A stretch of 64,000 nucleotides of DNA from Candidatus Sericytochromatia bacterium (GTDB lineage: Bacteria > Cyanobacteriota > Sericytochromatia > S15B-MN24 > VGJW01), in NCBI GenBank assembly GCA_035285865.1, contig JAYKHS010000015.1, positions 14,453 to 78,452 of the forward strand. Reading direction: 5' to 3'. Below the pieces are notes generated by a model that was not told the DNA's origin, did no database searches, and saw only the letters and a list, made by a program, of their open reading frames with translations. The position numbers and the translations under genes were made by a program. Below are positions 54,687-64,000 of this stretch, one piece after another (the stretch's first letter is position 1; every line of letters begins with the position of its first letter).

Positions 54687-56381
54687 TCAGGGTGCCGTGC
54701 CTTCGAGGTACCAGGCGCGGCCGCCGATGCGCTCGGGGACCAGCAGGGCGGCGTCCTTGGCCGACCAGGCAAGGGCCACTGGAGCTTCCAGACGGAAGTC
54801 GAGATCGAACGCGTGCTGCACGTCCGTACCCTGATCGACCCATCGGTGAAGGTTCCCGTCCCTGCCGATGACCTTCAGGGTGCGGTTTCCCGAGTCCGCT
54901 ATCCAGAGCCGGCCCAGATGGTCGAAGGCGAGGGCTCCGGGATGGCGCAGACACGGTTGTGCGAGGCTGCCGACAAGGTTTCCCGGTACGTAGTTCTGGC
55001 CGACGGCGAGGGCCGGGGACGGATTGGCCGGATCGATCACGTGGATGGCGTGGGCCCCAGTGACGGTATACCAGAGTCGTCCGTCCGGTCCGAAGGCCAG
55101 TCCGCCGATGGCTGGGCCTGCGGCCTGAAGGAGCGTGTCGACCTGGCCCGAGTTCCGATCGAAGACGCGCAGGTAGACGTCCGCATCCACGAAGGCCACA
55201 AGGTTGTCCCGCACGGCCACGAGGCTCGGGCCGGACAGGCCTGCGGAACCGGCGAGACCATTTGCGATCGTCCCGTTGCCCGTACCGTCCGTCAGCAAGG
55301 AGTCGAGGCGTCCGTCGATGGCATCCCATCGCGCCAGGCGTCGGTTCCCGCGGTCGGCGACGATGACGCCATCCGGGCCGTCGGCAGCAAGGCCCGACGG
55401 CCCATCGAGCCGGGCGGAGGCGGTATCGCCATCGGCTAGGCCTGCACCAAGGGCTCCGACCAGCCTGTCGATGAGGATGGCTCCCTTTGCGGCGGGATCC
55501 GGGCGGATGCTGACCAGCGCATGAGCTGCCGAATCCGTGAGCCAGAAGCCCCCCGGGTGGGCTGCGGCCCCGGCCCACGAACCGTAGGCCAGACCTCCAC
55601 CCGCAGTCGCCATGTCCGACATCGAACGGCTGCCAGTGGCCACGCTGCCTCCACCCGTCAGGAATCCGGAAAGACGGATCAGCCACTCAGGCTGCACCTC
55701 TGCCGGCAGGAGTCCGATGTCCGTTCGCACATCAGCCGCTCCCCAGAGTGCATCGGGAGCCAGCTGCAGCCGCGGCCAACCCTGCGCCTGACCTTCCACC
55801 ACGGAGCCCATGTCCCAGGCCTGACCCAGCACGTGATCCTCCTCGTCGACCAGCAAGGCGAAAATGACGTAGGTCTTGGCCGCGCCGGGCGCGAGGCCTC
55901 CTGGCAGATTCACGAACGAACGCCCGAGTAGGGTTGGCAGGCTGCCGGGGCTGAAGCGGTTCTCCTGCCACATCCAGCGACGCGGCTCACGACGCTGGGC
56001 ACCGGTGAGTGAGGCCACGACAGCGAGGTTCGCCATACGATCCGCGAGGGGCGCCGGGCCGGACTGCCACCACGCCGGAGGATTGTTTCCGGGCAACAGA
56101 CCGTCCTGAGTCGTACCCTGAAGGTCCACGGTGGAGGCATAGCCCAGAGTCGGATTCGGGTCGGGGTCGAAGCAGCCGACGACTAGGCCCACCTGAGTCT
56201 GGGAGCCAAGCGATTCCATGCGCTGTGCGAGGCGCGCGGTGATCCCCATGTCCACTGACTTGCGGAGAGTCTGCGCACGTGTCGGGCTGCCGGCCGGCCC
56301 GGATGCGCCGTAGGTGGCAGGGCCCGTGACGACACAGCCAGTCAGCGCGAGCCAAGCGAGGCAGGCGATCGCGCTTCTCAT
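54687..56381 (-). CDS. lipoprotein with shared N-domain and NHL repeats
   Basis: lipobox LTGC; VADRGNRRL, IADSGNRTL. Confidence 0.75.
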   Translation of the reverse strand: MRSAIACLAWLALTGCVVTGPATYGASGPAGSPTRAQTLRKSVDMGITARLAQRMESLGSQTQVGLVVGCFDPDPNPTLGYASTVDLQGTTQDGLLPGNNPPAWWQSGPAPLADRMANLAVVASLTGAQRREPRRWMWQENRFSPGSLPTLLGRSFVNLPGGLAPGAAKTYVIFALLVDEEDHVLGQAWDMGSVVEGQAQGWPRLQLAPDALWGAADVRTDIGLLPAEVQPEWLIRLSGFLTGGGSVATGSRSMSDMATAGGGLAYGSWAGAAAHPGGFWLTDSAAHALVSIRPDPAAKGAILIDRLVGALGAGLADGDTASARLDGPSGLAADGPDGVIVADRGNRRLARWDAIDGRLDSLLTDGTGNGTIANGLAGSAGLSGPSLVAVRDNLVAFVDADVYLRVFDRNSGQVDTLLQAAGPAIGGLAFGPDGRLWYTVTGAHAIHVIDPANPSPALAVGQNYVPGNLVGSLAQPCLRHPGALAFDHLGRLWIADSGNRTLKVIGRDGNLHRWVDQGTDVQHAFDLDFRLEAPVALAWSAKDAALLVPERIGGRAWYLEGTAP

Positions 56382-58048
56382 CGCAGCCACCTGACGGTTG
56401 TGCCGTCGGCCACGAAAACCCCTCCACCGGGCGCCGCGGCCATCGGACCGGGCTGTCCGAGCACAGCGTCCGGAAAGAATCCGTCCTGCACGGTCGGAGG
56501 TGCCGCACCCGCTGCCCGTGGGCTGCCTGCCCACGGCTGCAACTGGCCCGAGTCCGGGTCTACGCGGAGGACGACACCCTTGGCCGGGTCGCTGATGACC
56601 ACCCAGCCTTCCCGAGTTCTGGCCATCCCGCGGATGTCGATCGGGGCATGGGCTTGGCCTGCAGAGTCGCGGGACCCGAACCCGTGCACTTCACCGATCA
56701 CGGCACCACCGGTCGCCTCTAACTGGATCAGTCTGAGGCGGTCGGCCTCCGCGACCAAGAGATGCCGTGAGGAAAGCGCCACGGCACCCCGCAGATCCCG
56801 GAATCGGGCCGCACCGGCCGTGCCCGGCAGATCATCTTGGTCCCCGGGCGTTCCGGCTAGCCCGACGACATAGGCCCCGTTGGTGGGGTCTTCCACGAAG
56901 ACGTGGTCGGCATGGACGTTCGCGACCACACCATTCGCGGTCGTGATGCGCGCACGCAACCCCCCGCTCCAATTCAGCGTCAGGGCCGCCGCCGGGTAGC
57001 CTTCATAGGGGAGCACCTGGTAGGGCGCCGGAGGTGAGGCAGGATCTCCGTAGCCGAAGCCCACCCCGAAGGCGGCCGAGGGCCAGTCGAAAATGGTCCG
57101 GACCGAGGCATCGTTGTCACCGAGGAGCTGCGCCCCGGTGTAATCGATCTGCGTCGCCGTGCTGCCCAGCACCCAGAGGCGTCCGGGAGCCGCGGTGCCG
57201 ACGGCGACCTGGCCGTCTGCCGTGACGTGCAGTGCCGTGATGTCACCGAAAGCGACGTCCAGTTCAGGGACCGCGCCCTTCGGGGCCGTGGCCGCGTCAC
57301 CGGCCCACGTGCTGATGCGGGGCTGCGCCAGAATGCGGGTCTCGGGCAGCGGCGCAGGCTCGATCTCGAGATTGGAGGGACCCGCAAGCCCTTCATCCAG
57401 CCGGATGGTCATCGCTGGCAGCGAGGCGTCTCCGCCAGCCTGCAACGTGGCGTCCGCGACGGCCTGCTCCGCATAGCCCAGCAGGCGCCCTTGACCCCAT
57501 GCTGTCGCGACGAGGACATAGGCGTGGTCTCCCGATCCATCGGGGACGGGAAGATTCCGGAAGGACACCGTGCGGCCGGTCCCGAAGGTGGCAGCAGACA
57601 TCGTGCGGACCAGCCAGCGCGACCGTCGCCCGGTATCGGCCGGACGCGAGACCGAGCCTGCGTTCGCAGCCTGCCGGGTACCTGCGAGCGCAGCGAGGCC
57701 CCGGGGACCATCCAGCACGCGCTGTGCCCAAGCCTCGTCGAGGGGGCCCTCCGAGGTGCCGCCGCCGGCTGTATCGCTGATCGCCCGGCCCAGCACCCGA
57801 CCTTGGCTGTTGCCGAAGTCCGCGAGGGCGACAACGACTCCCTGAACGTCCGCCGGGGTATTCGGTGCGCCATCCGCGTATTGCGTGGACCGAGTCGCCC
57901 GGGTGCCCATGGCTACGGACACCGCCAGGTTCACGCTGGGCTGCTCCTGTGTCTGCAGGGCGAGGTCCGGGACCCGGCACGCAGGCAGGAACGCCAACGC
58001 CAGCGCCAGCAGGGCTGACGCCGGCATCCGGCCCAGATGCATCCTCAT
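56378..58048 (-). CDS. lipoprotein with shared N-domain and NHL-like repeats
   Basis: lipobox LPAC; AARFRDLRG, LGQPGPMAA..VFVAD; ATGA coupling. Confidence 0.72.
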   Translation of the reverse strand: MRMHLGRMPASALLALALAFLPACRVPDLALQTQEQPSVNLAVSVAMGTRATRSTQYADGAPNTPADVQGVVVALADFGNSQGRVLGRAISDTAGGGTSEGPLDEAWAQRVLDGPRGLAALAGTRQAANAGSVSRPADTGRRSRWLVRTMSAATFGTGRTVSFRNLPVPDGSGDHAYVLVATAWGQGRLLGYAEQAVADATLQAGGDASLPAMTIRLDEGLAGPSNLEIEPAPLPETRILAQPRISTWAGDAATAPKGAVPELDVAFGDITALHVTADGQVAVGTAAPGRLWVLGSTATQIDYTGAQLLGDNDASVRTIFDWPSAAFGVGFGYGDPASPPAPYQVLPYEGYPAAALTLNWSGGLRARITTANGVVANVHADHVFVEDPTNGAYVVGLAGTPGDQDDLPGTAGAARFRDLRGAVALSSRHLLVAEADRLRLIQLEATGGAVIGEVHGFGSRDSAGQAHAPIDIRGMARTREGWVVISDPAKGVVLRVDPDSGQLQPWAGSPRAAGAAPPTVQDGFFPDAVLGQPGPMAAAPGGGVFVADGTTVRWLR

Positions 58049-59619
58049 TCGAACCTCAGCAGCCGCTGGCTGCCGCCGGTCTCGAGCACCAGGACGCGGT
58101 TCCAGGGATCCACGGCGACGTCGAAGGGATTGCGCAGTGGCGTGCCCATGCTGGTCCACGTCTGCACGCCGTCGACCAGCGTTCCGACTTCACCGAGGTC
58201 GGGGTCCAGCATCCGGACGGCGTGGTTGGCCGTGTCGGCAACCAGGAAGTAACCGTAGGGGTGATAGGCCACGCCTTCCGGTTGGCCGAAGCGCGCCGTG
58301 GCCTGATCCCCGTCCACGTAGCCGGGGCCACCGGGCCTCAGCAGGAACCCGAAGTTGCCGTCCAGAACATCAACCCCGTTCTGCAGGAAGGTGCCGAGCG
58401 CAAGGCGTTGCGCACCGCTCGTCTCCACGGCGAGACCCCGACAACCGTAGGGATTCCAGAGTCGGGATACCGGAGCCTCCGTCAGGGCCGTGTCACATTC
58501 GAACAGCTCGAAGATGTCGTTGAAGAACAGGCGTCCGTTGCGCAGGGCCATGGCGCGGGGCCACGGCAGCGGGTCTCCATTCGCCAAGGTGTCTCGTTGT
58601 CCGAGGATGCTGCCATCCGCCGCCACCCGGACCAGCACGCCCTTGCTGTCGGCGAGCCGCTTGAGGCCGAGGATGACACTGCCATCCTGGAGGCCGACCA
58701 CGTCCATGAGGTCATGGGTGACGAGGTCGAGGTTCGCGAGCAAGGCACTGCGGTTCACGAGGCCCTGTGTCGGATCGAGCCGATGGATGTACTTGGTGCT
58801 GATGAGGTGCACGTCTCCCGAGCCGTCCGTCCCCAATGCGTGAGGGACCATCGTGAGACTGCCGCCCAAGGAGGCCCAGATGTTGCTGCTCCCGACCACC
58901 GTCACGGCCGTCTGGGCCGTGAAGAAGGCAGAGGGAGGCGCGACGTGGACCTTGGCCGGCTGGGAGAGAAATGTTTCGGGAGCCACGGGCACCTCGAGCG
59001 TCAGTTGCCGAGTTGCGCTGTTGCCCAAGTCCGCCGAGGACAGCCACGCATGGCTGCGACCCAGGAGGCTGCCCTGGGCGTCCGTGACGAACGCCATCAG
59101 GACCATCGCACCTTCCCCGAAGGAGAGGTCCGGTTTCAGGTCCGTGATGTCCAGGCGGACGGCAGGGCCCTGATTGCTGGTCGGCAGGGAGCCCCGCCAC
59201 ACCCACCAACGGCTGGCCTCCGTCCCGTCGGCCAGCGGCGCAGGGGGAGCAGGCAGCGTGCCCAGCAGTCGCACGAGACCCGGCGCGGGATAGCCCAGAG
59301 CCGTGCTTTGGGCGTCCTGGATGATTTCGGCCTGACGCGGGCCGAGGGCTGCATCCTCCGCGGACCAGCGGCCCAGTTGCGGAGTGGCGCCATTGTCGAA
59401 AAGGGCGACTGTCAGCCGCGCATTGGCGGGCAGGCTGACCTGGGGCGCTACCTGGGGGGAGACACGGGCCGCAATCTGCAACGAGAAGGAAGTGGGAGCG
59501 GGAAGCGTGGTCAACGTGGGGAGCGATCGGAACGCGGGCGAGTATTGGCAGCCCACGCAGAGTCCGCAGAGCAGCATCGCGAGGAAGCGACGCCCGATGG
59601 AACGCAGACGGACCGTCAT
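58045..59619 (-). CDS. lipoprotein with shared N-domain and NHL repeats
   Basis: lipobox CVGC; GYVDG..ATARFGQPEGVA..LVADTANHAVR. Confidence 0.75.
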   Translation of the reverse strand: MTVRLRSIGRRFLAMLLCGLCVGCQYSPAFRSLPTLTTLPAPTSFSLQIAARVSPQVAPQVSLPANARLTVALFDNGATPQLGRWSAEDAALGPRQAEIIQDAQSTALGYPAPGLVRLLGTLPAPPAPLADGTEASRWWVWRGSLPTSNQGPAVRLDITDLKPDLSFGEGAMVLMAFVTDAQGSLLGRSHAWLSSADLGNSATRQLTLEVPVAPETFLSQPAKVHVAPPSAFFTAQTAVTVVGSSNIWASLGGSLTMVPHALGTDGSGDVHLISTKYIHRLDPTQGLVNRSALLANLDLVTHDLMDVVGLQDGSVILGLKRLADSKGVLVRVAADGSILGQRDTLANGDPLPWPRAMALRNGRLFFNDIFELFECDTALTEAPVSRLWNPYGCRGLAVETSGAQRLALGTFLQNGVDVLDGNFGFLLRPGGPGYVDGDQATARFGQPEGVAYHPYGYFLVADTANHAVRMLDPDLGEVGTLVDGVQTWTSMGTPLRNPFDVAVDPWNRVLVLETGGSQRLLRFE

Positions 59620-61604
59620 CAGAAGGACACCACTGGTCGGAATCCGGTCGTTCCGTCCGCAGGCACGACGGACAAGAGGCTTGCGGACAGCAGGGTGCGG
59701 ATGCCGCTGCCGTAGGTACCCCCACGGACCGGTCGCGTCCCGGAGCCGAAGTAGATGGCGTTGAAATATGGCGAGTCGGAAGTCAGTCCGCCGCCACTGG
59801 CCGGGACGCCGAACCGGCGCAGATCCGGCGTCGTCGCCAGGGTTGTCACCCAGAGGTTCGCCGCGGGACCGGCGTCTGCACCATCGACCAACGCCCTGCC
59901 GCCGACGACCGAGAGTCCAAGTGTCAGCTCCTGAACGTTGCCCAGCAGGTCCACGATGCCCGCAGTGGTTCCGTCATGAGCGGTCAGGTCGGTGCCGGAC
60001 GCCCACGACCCGGACGTGCCCGTTCCGGTCAGGGCGCGACCTGCCGGACCGACGGGATCCTGCACGAAGGTCACGCTGCCGTCATCGGTGTCGCGCAAGT
60101 CTGCGTTGTTGCCCCGCAGGGTGGCGACTGCTCGGGTTGCCCGCCAGATGTCGAGCGCCACCCACTCGTCCTCACGCATCAGGTGAGCATCCGGGTGGAA
60201 GGCCCGGCACGCCGCATCGGCATCCTGCCATGACAGCCCTGTCCAAGGGACGCAAAACCGCGCGATCTTGAGGGAGCCAGACGTGCCTTCCGTGGCCCCG
60301 GAACCCGTCACGGGGGCACCCGGCAGGCCGTCGAGACGGCTTGCTTCGTACTTGGCCACATAGAACCCCCCGAAGCTCTCCTTGGCCCAGTCCACGTGAG
60401 GTGTGCCGGCGGAGGGCTCGGAACCCACCCAAGCGCCTGCCGGCAGGCTGCCGAGCGAGCCTCCGCTGCGGCTGGGGTCGATGAGTTGCCAAGCGTCGAA
60501 TTTCGGCACCCAGACAAACGGATGGGACAATCCACCCGAAACAAAGGTGAACTCGTGCGTGACTGTCGGGTCACCGGCGTCGCCCGGCGCAAGGTTGGCC
60601 TGCTCTCCGTCCAGCAGGACCTCGGTTGCGTTGGCGGCAGGCGTCGCCAAGGCCACCTTCCTGATGCCGCCCGCGCGCTGCCAGACGGCAAAGACCTTGT
60701 AGGCGCCTTCCGGGTGTCCACTCAGTCTCGCAAGCCGCGTGCGGCTGCGTCCCACCCCGGGGAAGTGCCTGGCCTGCCATCGCGAGAGATCGCGCACCAG
60801 GGCGGGAGATGCCCCATCCCTTGTCAGGGCCTGCTGGACCTCGCGCACGAAGGGCACCGACGCGTCGGACATGTCAACCTGGCTGCCACCCGACTCCAGC
60901 GTGCCGCCCGGACGCGGATGGGGCGCGAGGTCGACCAGGCCCACGTACAGGTCGGTCTGCGGCCAGGGTGGAGACGCGGCCTTGAGCAAAACGCTCGGGT
61001 CGGAAGGCCACACCGCCTGTTTCAGGTAAACGGGCGAGGCCGGGCTGTTTGCAGGGTCGCTCCAAGCGGTGCTGCCGATCGCTTCCAGCCGATTCTGGTC
61101 GTCGAAGAGGAAGGCGATGACCGTCCAGGACCGGGATGACTCTGCCGGGACATTCCTGAACCGGACCGTGAACGCTTCGCGATCCGGGATACCGGCGTCG
61201 AGGATGGCATATCTGGCCCAGTCCGAGGCGGCCGATGCATCGAGAATGCCCCGGCCGGAAACCTGCTGCTGGACGACCTGCCAGATTGCGTCTGGAAGGC
61301 TGTGCGCGGCGGAGGTCTGGCCCGAGATGTCCGTGTATTGCCCCAAGGACGGCAGGCCGAGGGTCGGGTCGGTGGTCTCGTCCACCAGGCAGACGAGCAG
61401 GCGGCCCGTGTCGGCCTTGAAGTCCTGCAGGCCACGCACGGCCACCGAACCCGCGACCGGCTGCATCAGTGCGCTGTCCAGGCGGGCACTGAGCGTGTCG
61501 GCGGGAGCCTGCAAGGCTCCGGATACGCCGCGGGGTGCCGAGCAACCGCAAACCCATGCGGCCACGCCCAGAAAGGCCGCGGCTCGAGCGGTCAGGTGCC
61601 TCAC
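59619..61604 (-). CDS. lipoprotein with two shared N-domains and C-terminal FGE-sulfatase/C-type-lectin-fold domain
   Basis: lipobox VCGC; FYVAKYEAS, WQDADAAC, HLMREDEW, GIVDLLGNVQE, RGG, GFRPV. Confidence 0.75.
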   Translation of the reverse strand: MRHLTARAAAFLGVAAWVCGCSAPRGVSGALQAPADTLSARLDSALMQPVAGSVAVRGLQDFKADTGRLLVCLVDETTDPTLGLPSLGQYTDISGQTSAAHSLPDAIWQVVQQQVSGRGILDASAASDWARYAILDAGIPDREAFTVRFRNVPAESSRSWTVIAFLFDDQNRLEAIGSTAWSDPANSPASPVYLKQAVWPSDPSVLLKAASPPWPQTDLYVGLVDLAPHPRPGGTLESGGSQVDMSDASVPFVREVQQALTRDGASPALVRDLSRWQARHFPGVGRSRTRLARLSGHPEGAYKVFAVWQRAGGIRKVALATPAANATEVLLDGEQANLAPGDAGDPTVTHEFTFVSGGLSHPFVWVPKFDAWQLIDPSRSGGSLGSLPAGAWVGSEPSAGTPHVDWAKESFGGFYVAKYEASRLDGLPGAPVTGSGATEGTSGSLKIARFCVPWTGLSWQDADAACRAFHPDAHLMREDEWVALDIWRATRAVATLRGNNADLRDTDDGSVTFVQDPVGPAGRALTGTGTSGSWASGTDLTAHDGTTAGIVDLLGNVQELTLGLSVVGGRALVDGADAGPAANLWVTTLATTPDLRRFGVPASGGGLTSDSPYFNAIYFGSGTRPVRGGTYGSGIRTLLSASLLSVVPADGTTGFRPVVSF

Positions 61605-61749
61605 ATGGCATGACTACCCGCTCCGGGCCCTCCCTAAGCCGACATCGATGGCCCGAGCTCTTTGTTTGGGGATTGTTAAGAGTTGCGCAAGGGCCTGTTC
61701 GGCAGGCGACACAAGGGATGGGAAAGCATCTATCGGATGGGGGGACAAC

Positions 61750-62526
61750 ATGCCGAAGGCCGGACACATCAAGCGCTCCGTCGGGGAACGGGGCCTGCAC
61801 GCGCATCGTCACGATGGGGGACGTCGCGATGCGGATGCGTCACCGAGGCTTGGCCGGGATACGTTCCAGCGCCCGTCCGGCTCGGTGCGCAAGGCTGAGG
61901 TCGCCTCGCGGCCGGAGGCTGCCGGGGTGCGGGCAGCCGTCGACAGGGACGGTCCGATGCGCAATCCTCGCCTGAAGGTGCGCAGGGCGTCTGGTGCCAT
62001 CCTGAACCCTCGGGAGACGGGCCGGACCATCAAGGCGAGGTGGCGTGATCTCGAGGCGCGGACGACGTCCATGGCTGCGGGCATCTCCGAAAAAGGCAAG
62101 GCCCAGATGCGGCGCCTGCTGGACGTTGCACGTCGTTCTGCCGCCGGCAAGCGGCCCGGCGGCTGGTGCTACAGGGCCGTCAAGAAGTACCTGCGTTCCG
62201 TGGGTTACGGCGGCCTCAACGCCCAGACGGTGTCTCATTTGCCGCAGCGGGCTGCGCGGCAGTTCGGCGACTTCATGAATCGGGGTGACAACGCCCGTCG
62301 TTACGGCCTCCAGAAGCTGCCGATCACCAATCCCTATCTGGCCCCCCCCGGGTCGCTGGTGGTCGTTCGTCCAGGCACCCCGGGCACGCGCCATCCCTGG
62401 GCCGGTGACATCACCGTTGCGGGTGGAAACGGTCGGTTCTACAACGACGGCAACATGGGCTACGGGGGGTCGCGAAACTTCCCACGTGGCAACAGGCACG
62501 TCATCGGCATCTACGCCCCCGTCTGA
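61750..62526 (+). CDS. hypothetical protein with C-terminal CHAP/NlpC-like amidase-type domain
   Basis: GWCYRAVKKYL, PPGSLVVV, HPWAGDITV, FYNDG, VIGIYAP. Confidence 0.55.
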   Translation: MPKAGHIKRSVGERGLHAHRHDGGRRDADASPRLGRDTFQRPSGSVRKAEVASRPEAAGVRAAVDRDGPMRNPRLKVRRASGAILNPRETGRTIKARWRDLEARTTSMAAGISEKGKAQMRRLLDVARRSAAGKRPGGWCYRAVKKYLRSVGYGGLNAQTVSHLPQRAARQFGDFMNRGDNARRYGLQKLPITNPYLAPPGSLVVVRPGTPGTRHPWAGDITVAGGNGRFYNDGNMGYGGSRNFPRGNRHVIGIYAPV

Positions 62527-62532
62527 CAGGGG

Positions 62533-63450
62533 TCAGTGGAACAGCCGGGTCAGGATTTCCTGGCGAGCCCGTTCCAGAGCACCGAGGACCTTGTCCTTGA
62601 TGCCCGGGGTACGGCTGATGTCGATGACACCCTGGACACCCTGCTTGCGCAGGTCTGCGGCCACGGCCTTCGGATCGCCCACGGCAGGCCCGTTCGATGC
62701 GTTCCAGACCGAGACCGGGGCGACGCGTTGCAGTTCGGAGAGGGCTTGGGGGGTGAGGCGGTCGTGGCGGATGACGAAGGTGAGGGGGGCACCGACGGTG
62801 CTCGCCTGTTTCAGGAGGTCCCGGACATGCGCTTCGGTCAGCGGCCCTGAGGCAGGTGCCGGTGGATTCAGGGCGAGCGTGGCCGCAGGAAAGGCCTCGC
62901 GAAGCTCCGGGCCCCAGCGCTGCATGGCCTTGAAGTCGAGATTGAGCATGACGCGCTGGGGATCGATCCCGGACGCGCGTACCGCCCGAATCACGTCAGG
63001 CATCCGTCCGGGCTCCTTGACGTCGAGTTTCATCATTCGTCCGGACAGGGCACCGATGGCAAGCCACTCGTCCAACGTGAGGTTGTCGCCCTTCTCCGAG
63101 GTGGGATCATGGCGCATCTCGAGGGCGTGGGGGGGATCCAATTCGGCGCGGATGTCGCCTTCGAACAGGTTCGCACCTTTCTTCAGGGCCGCCTCGAACT
63201 GCTCGCGGGTATTGGTCGCGTGTGCAGGATGTGCGGCCGACAGGGACTTGCCCGGAAACCAGCCCGTACGTCCGTCAAGCGTGGTGCGCGCCAAGTCCAG
63301 CAACCGCTGGTAACGGTCCGCGAGACGCCGCATGAGCGCGTCGCGCTCCGGGCCGCGATCGGCAACCGATGAGGCCTTCCCGGACCCTGATGCAGGCGCT
63401 TCGACCCTAGGCGCACCCGGGGCTGTCGGCTCTGCCCGTTGAATCTTCAC
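62533..63450 (-). CDS. FAM151/menorin (DUF2181)-like phosphodiesterase-fold protein
   Basis: AHATN..AAL..NLFEGDI..MRHDP..NLTLDEWL..MKLDVK. Confidence 0.65.
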   Translation of the reverse strand: MKIQRAEPTAPGAPRVEAPASGSGKASSVADRGPERDALMRRLADRYQRLLDLARTTLDGRTGWFPGKSLSAAHPAHATNTREQFEAALKKGANLFEGDIRAELDPPHALEMRHDPTSEKGDNLTLDEWLAIGALSGRMMKLDVKEPGRMPDVIRAVRASGIDPQRVMLNLDFKAMQRWGPELREAFPAATLALNPPAPASGPLTEAHVRDLLKQASTVGAPLTFVIRHDRLTPQALSELQRVAPVSVWNASNGPAVGDPKAVAADLRKQGVQGVIDISRTPGIKDKVLGALERARQEILTRLFH

Positions 63451-63519
63451 CAGTAGGGTGTACCCCGGATCGAGAGGATTCGCTTGTGATTCATTGATTG
63501 CTTGTTTAGTATTGGGTCA

Positions 63520-64000
63520 ATGCAAAAGAACTTTTCGCCGTTTGCATGTGTGGTCCTTATGGGGGCCGTCGCCTGCGGAGCGTCTCCGGAGCGTGGTGCC
63601 TTCGGGGACACGGGCCTCGTCGACCTGCTCAACCGACGCCGACCGACGCCCCCGCCAGCCCGACGCCTGGTCACGCCGACCCCCGCCCGTCCAAGGGTGA
63701 CCCCGTTGCCGGCACCAACACCAACACCAACCCCGACACCTACGCCCACCCCGACACCCACTCCGCTCCCTTCCCCTGCCGGGATGGTGACGATTCCGGC
63801 AGGGTCTTTTCTTATGGGGTCTCCTGTCTCTGAGGCCTTGCGGGATTCGTCGGAGACCCTTCATCCCGTGACCCTGACCCGGTCATTCTGGCTTCAGGAG
63901 GCTCCCGTGACCCAGGGAGAGTGGCTCTCGGTGTTCGGCGGAAATCCGTCCCGGCATGGCCAAGGGCTGCAACATCCGGTCGAAGGCATGACGTGGTGGG
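63520..64000 (+). CDS. FGE-sulfatase (SUMF1-like) domain lipoprotein with PT linker (3' truncated)
   Basis: Manual translation MQKNFSPFACVVLMGAVAC..(PT)n..MVTIPAGSFLMGSP..E..HPVTLTRSFWLQEAPVTQGEW..NPS..HPVEGMTW. Confidence 0.85.
   Translation, partial: MQKNFSPFACVVLMGAVACGASPERGAFGDTGLVDLLNRRRPTPPPARRLVTPTPARPRVTPLPAPTPTPTPTPTPTPTPTPLPSPAGMVTIPAGSFLMGSPVSEALRDSSETLHPVTLTRSFWLQEAPVTQGEWLSVFGGNPSRHGQGLQHPVEGMTWW
63712..63765 (+). repeat. coding hexamer repeat (Pro-Thr)n
   Basis: about 8 CCN-ACN units. Confidence 0.8.

Noticed and set aside
59619..59800. Possible DGR target: C-lectin/FGE fold ending in GFRPV
   Set aside because: No reverse transcriptase and no near-identical template repeat seen in the window; a remote DGR cannot be excluded.

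Overview
GC-rich bacterial chromosomal window, densely coding, with no rRNA, tRNA, CRISPR array or mobile element that I could recognise. The first ~34 kb is mostly housekeeping: nadB, hflX, plsC, purA, dnaB, rplI, yajQ, rlmH, argS, a large NAD-GDH, miaE, a yng/liu-like acyl-CoA carboxylase/HMG-CoA lyase cluster, lptC/A/B/F-G, ahcY and a DEAD-box helicase. Later come fbaB, pntAA/AB/B, a cyclic-nucleotide signalling block and many uncharacterised secreted or lipoproteins. The gene mix (diderm Lpt genes plus Firmicutes-like neighbourhoods) suggests a Terrabacterial diderm such as a non-photosynthetic relative of Cyanobacteria (inference only). Highlights: (1) a 74-aa Rdx/SelW-type selenoprotein missed by the ORF track (CxxU, in-frame UGA, SECIS-like hairpin) at 32455-32679; (2) four translationally coupled lipoproteins (54.7-61.6 kb) sharing an unrecognised N-terminal domain fused to different head domains; (3) a secreted protein with an FrpC-type self-processing module lacking the scissile Asp; (4) a Dictyostelium PdeD/PdeE-like MBL+cNMP phosphodiesterase; (5) a FAM151/menorin-like enzyme; (6) an MshEN/T2SSE_N-beta-propeller fusion. 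All family calls come from motif recognition; no database searches were run.
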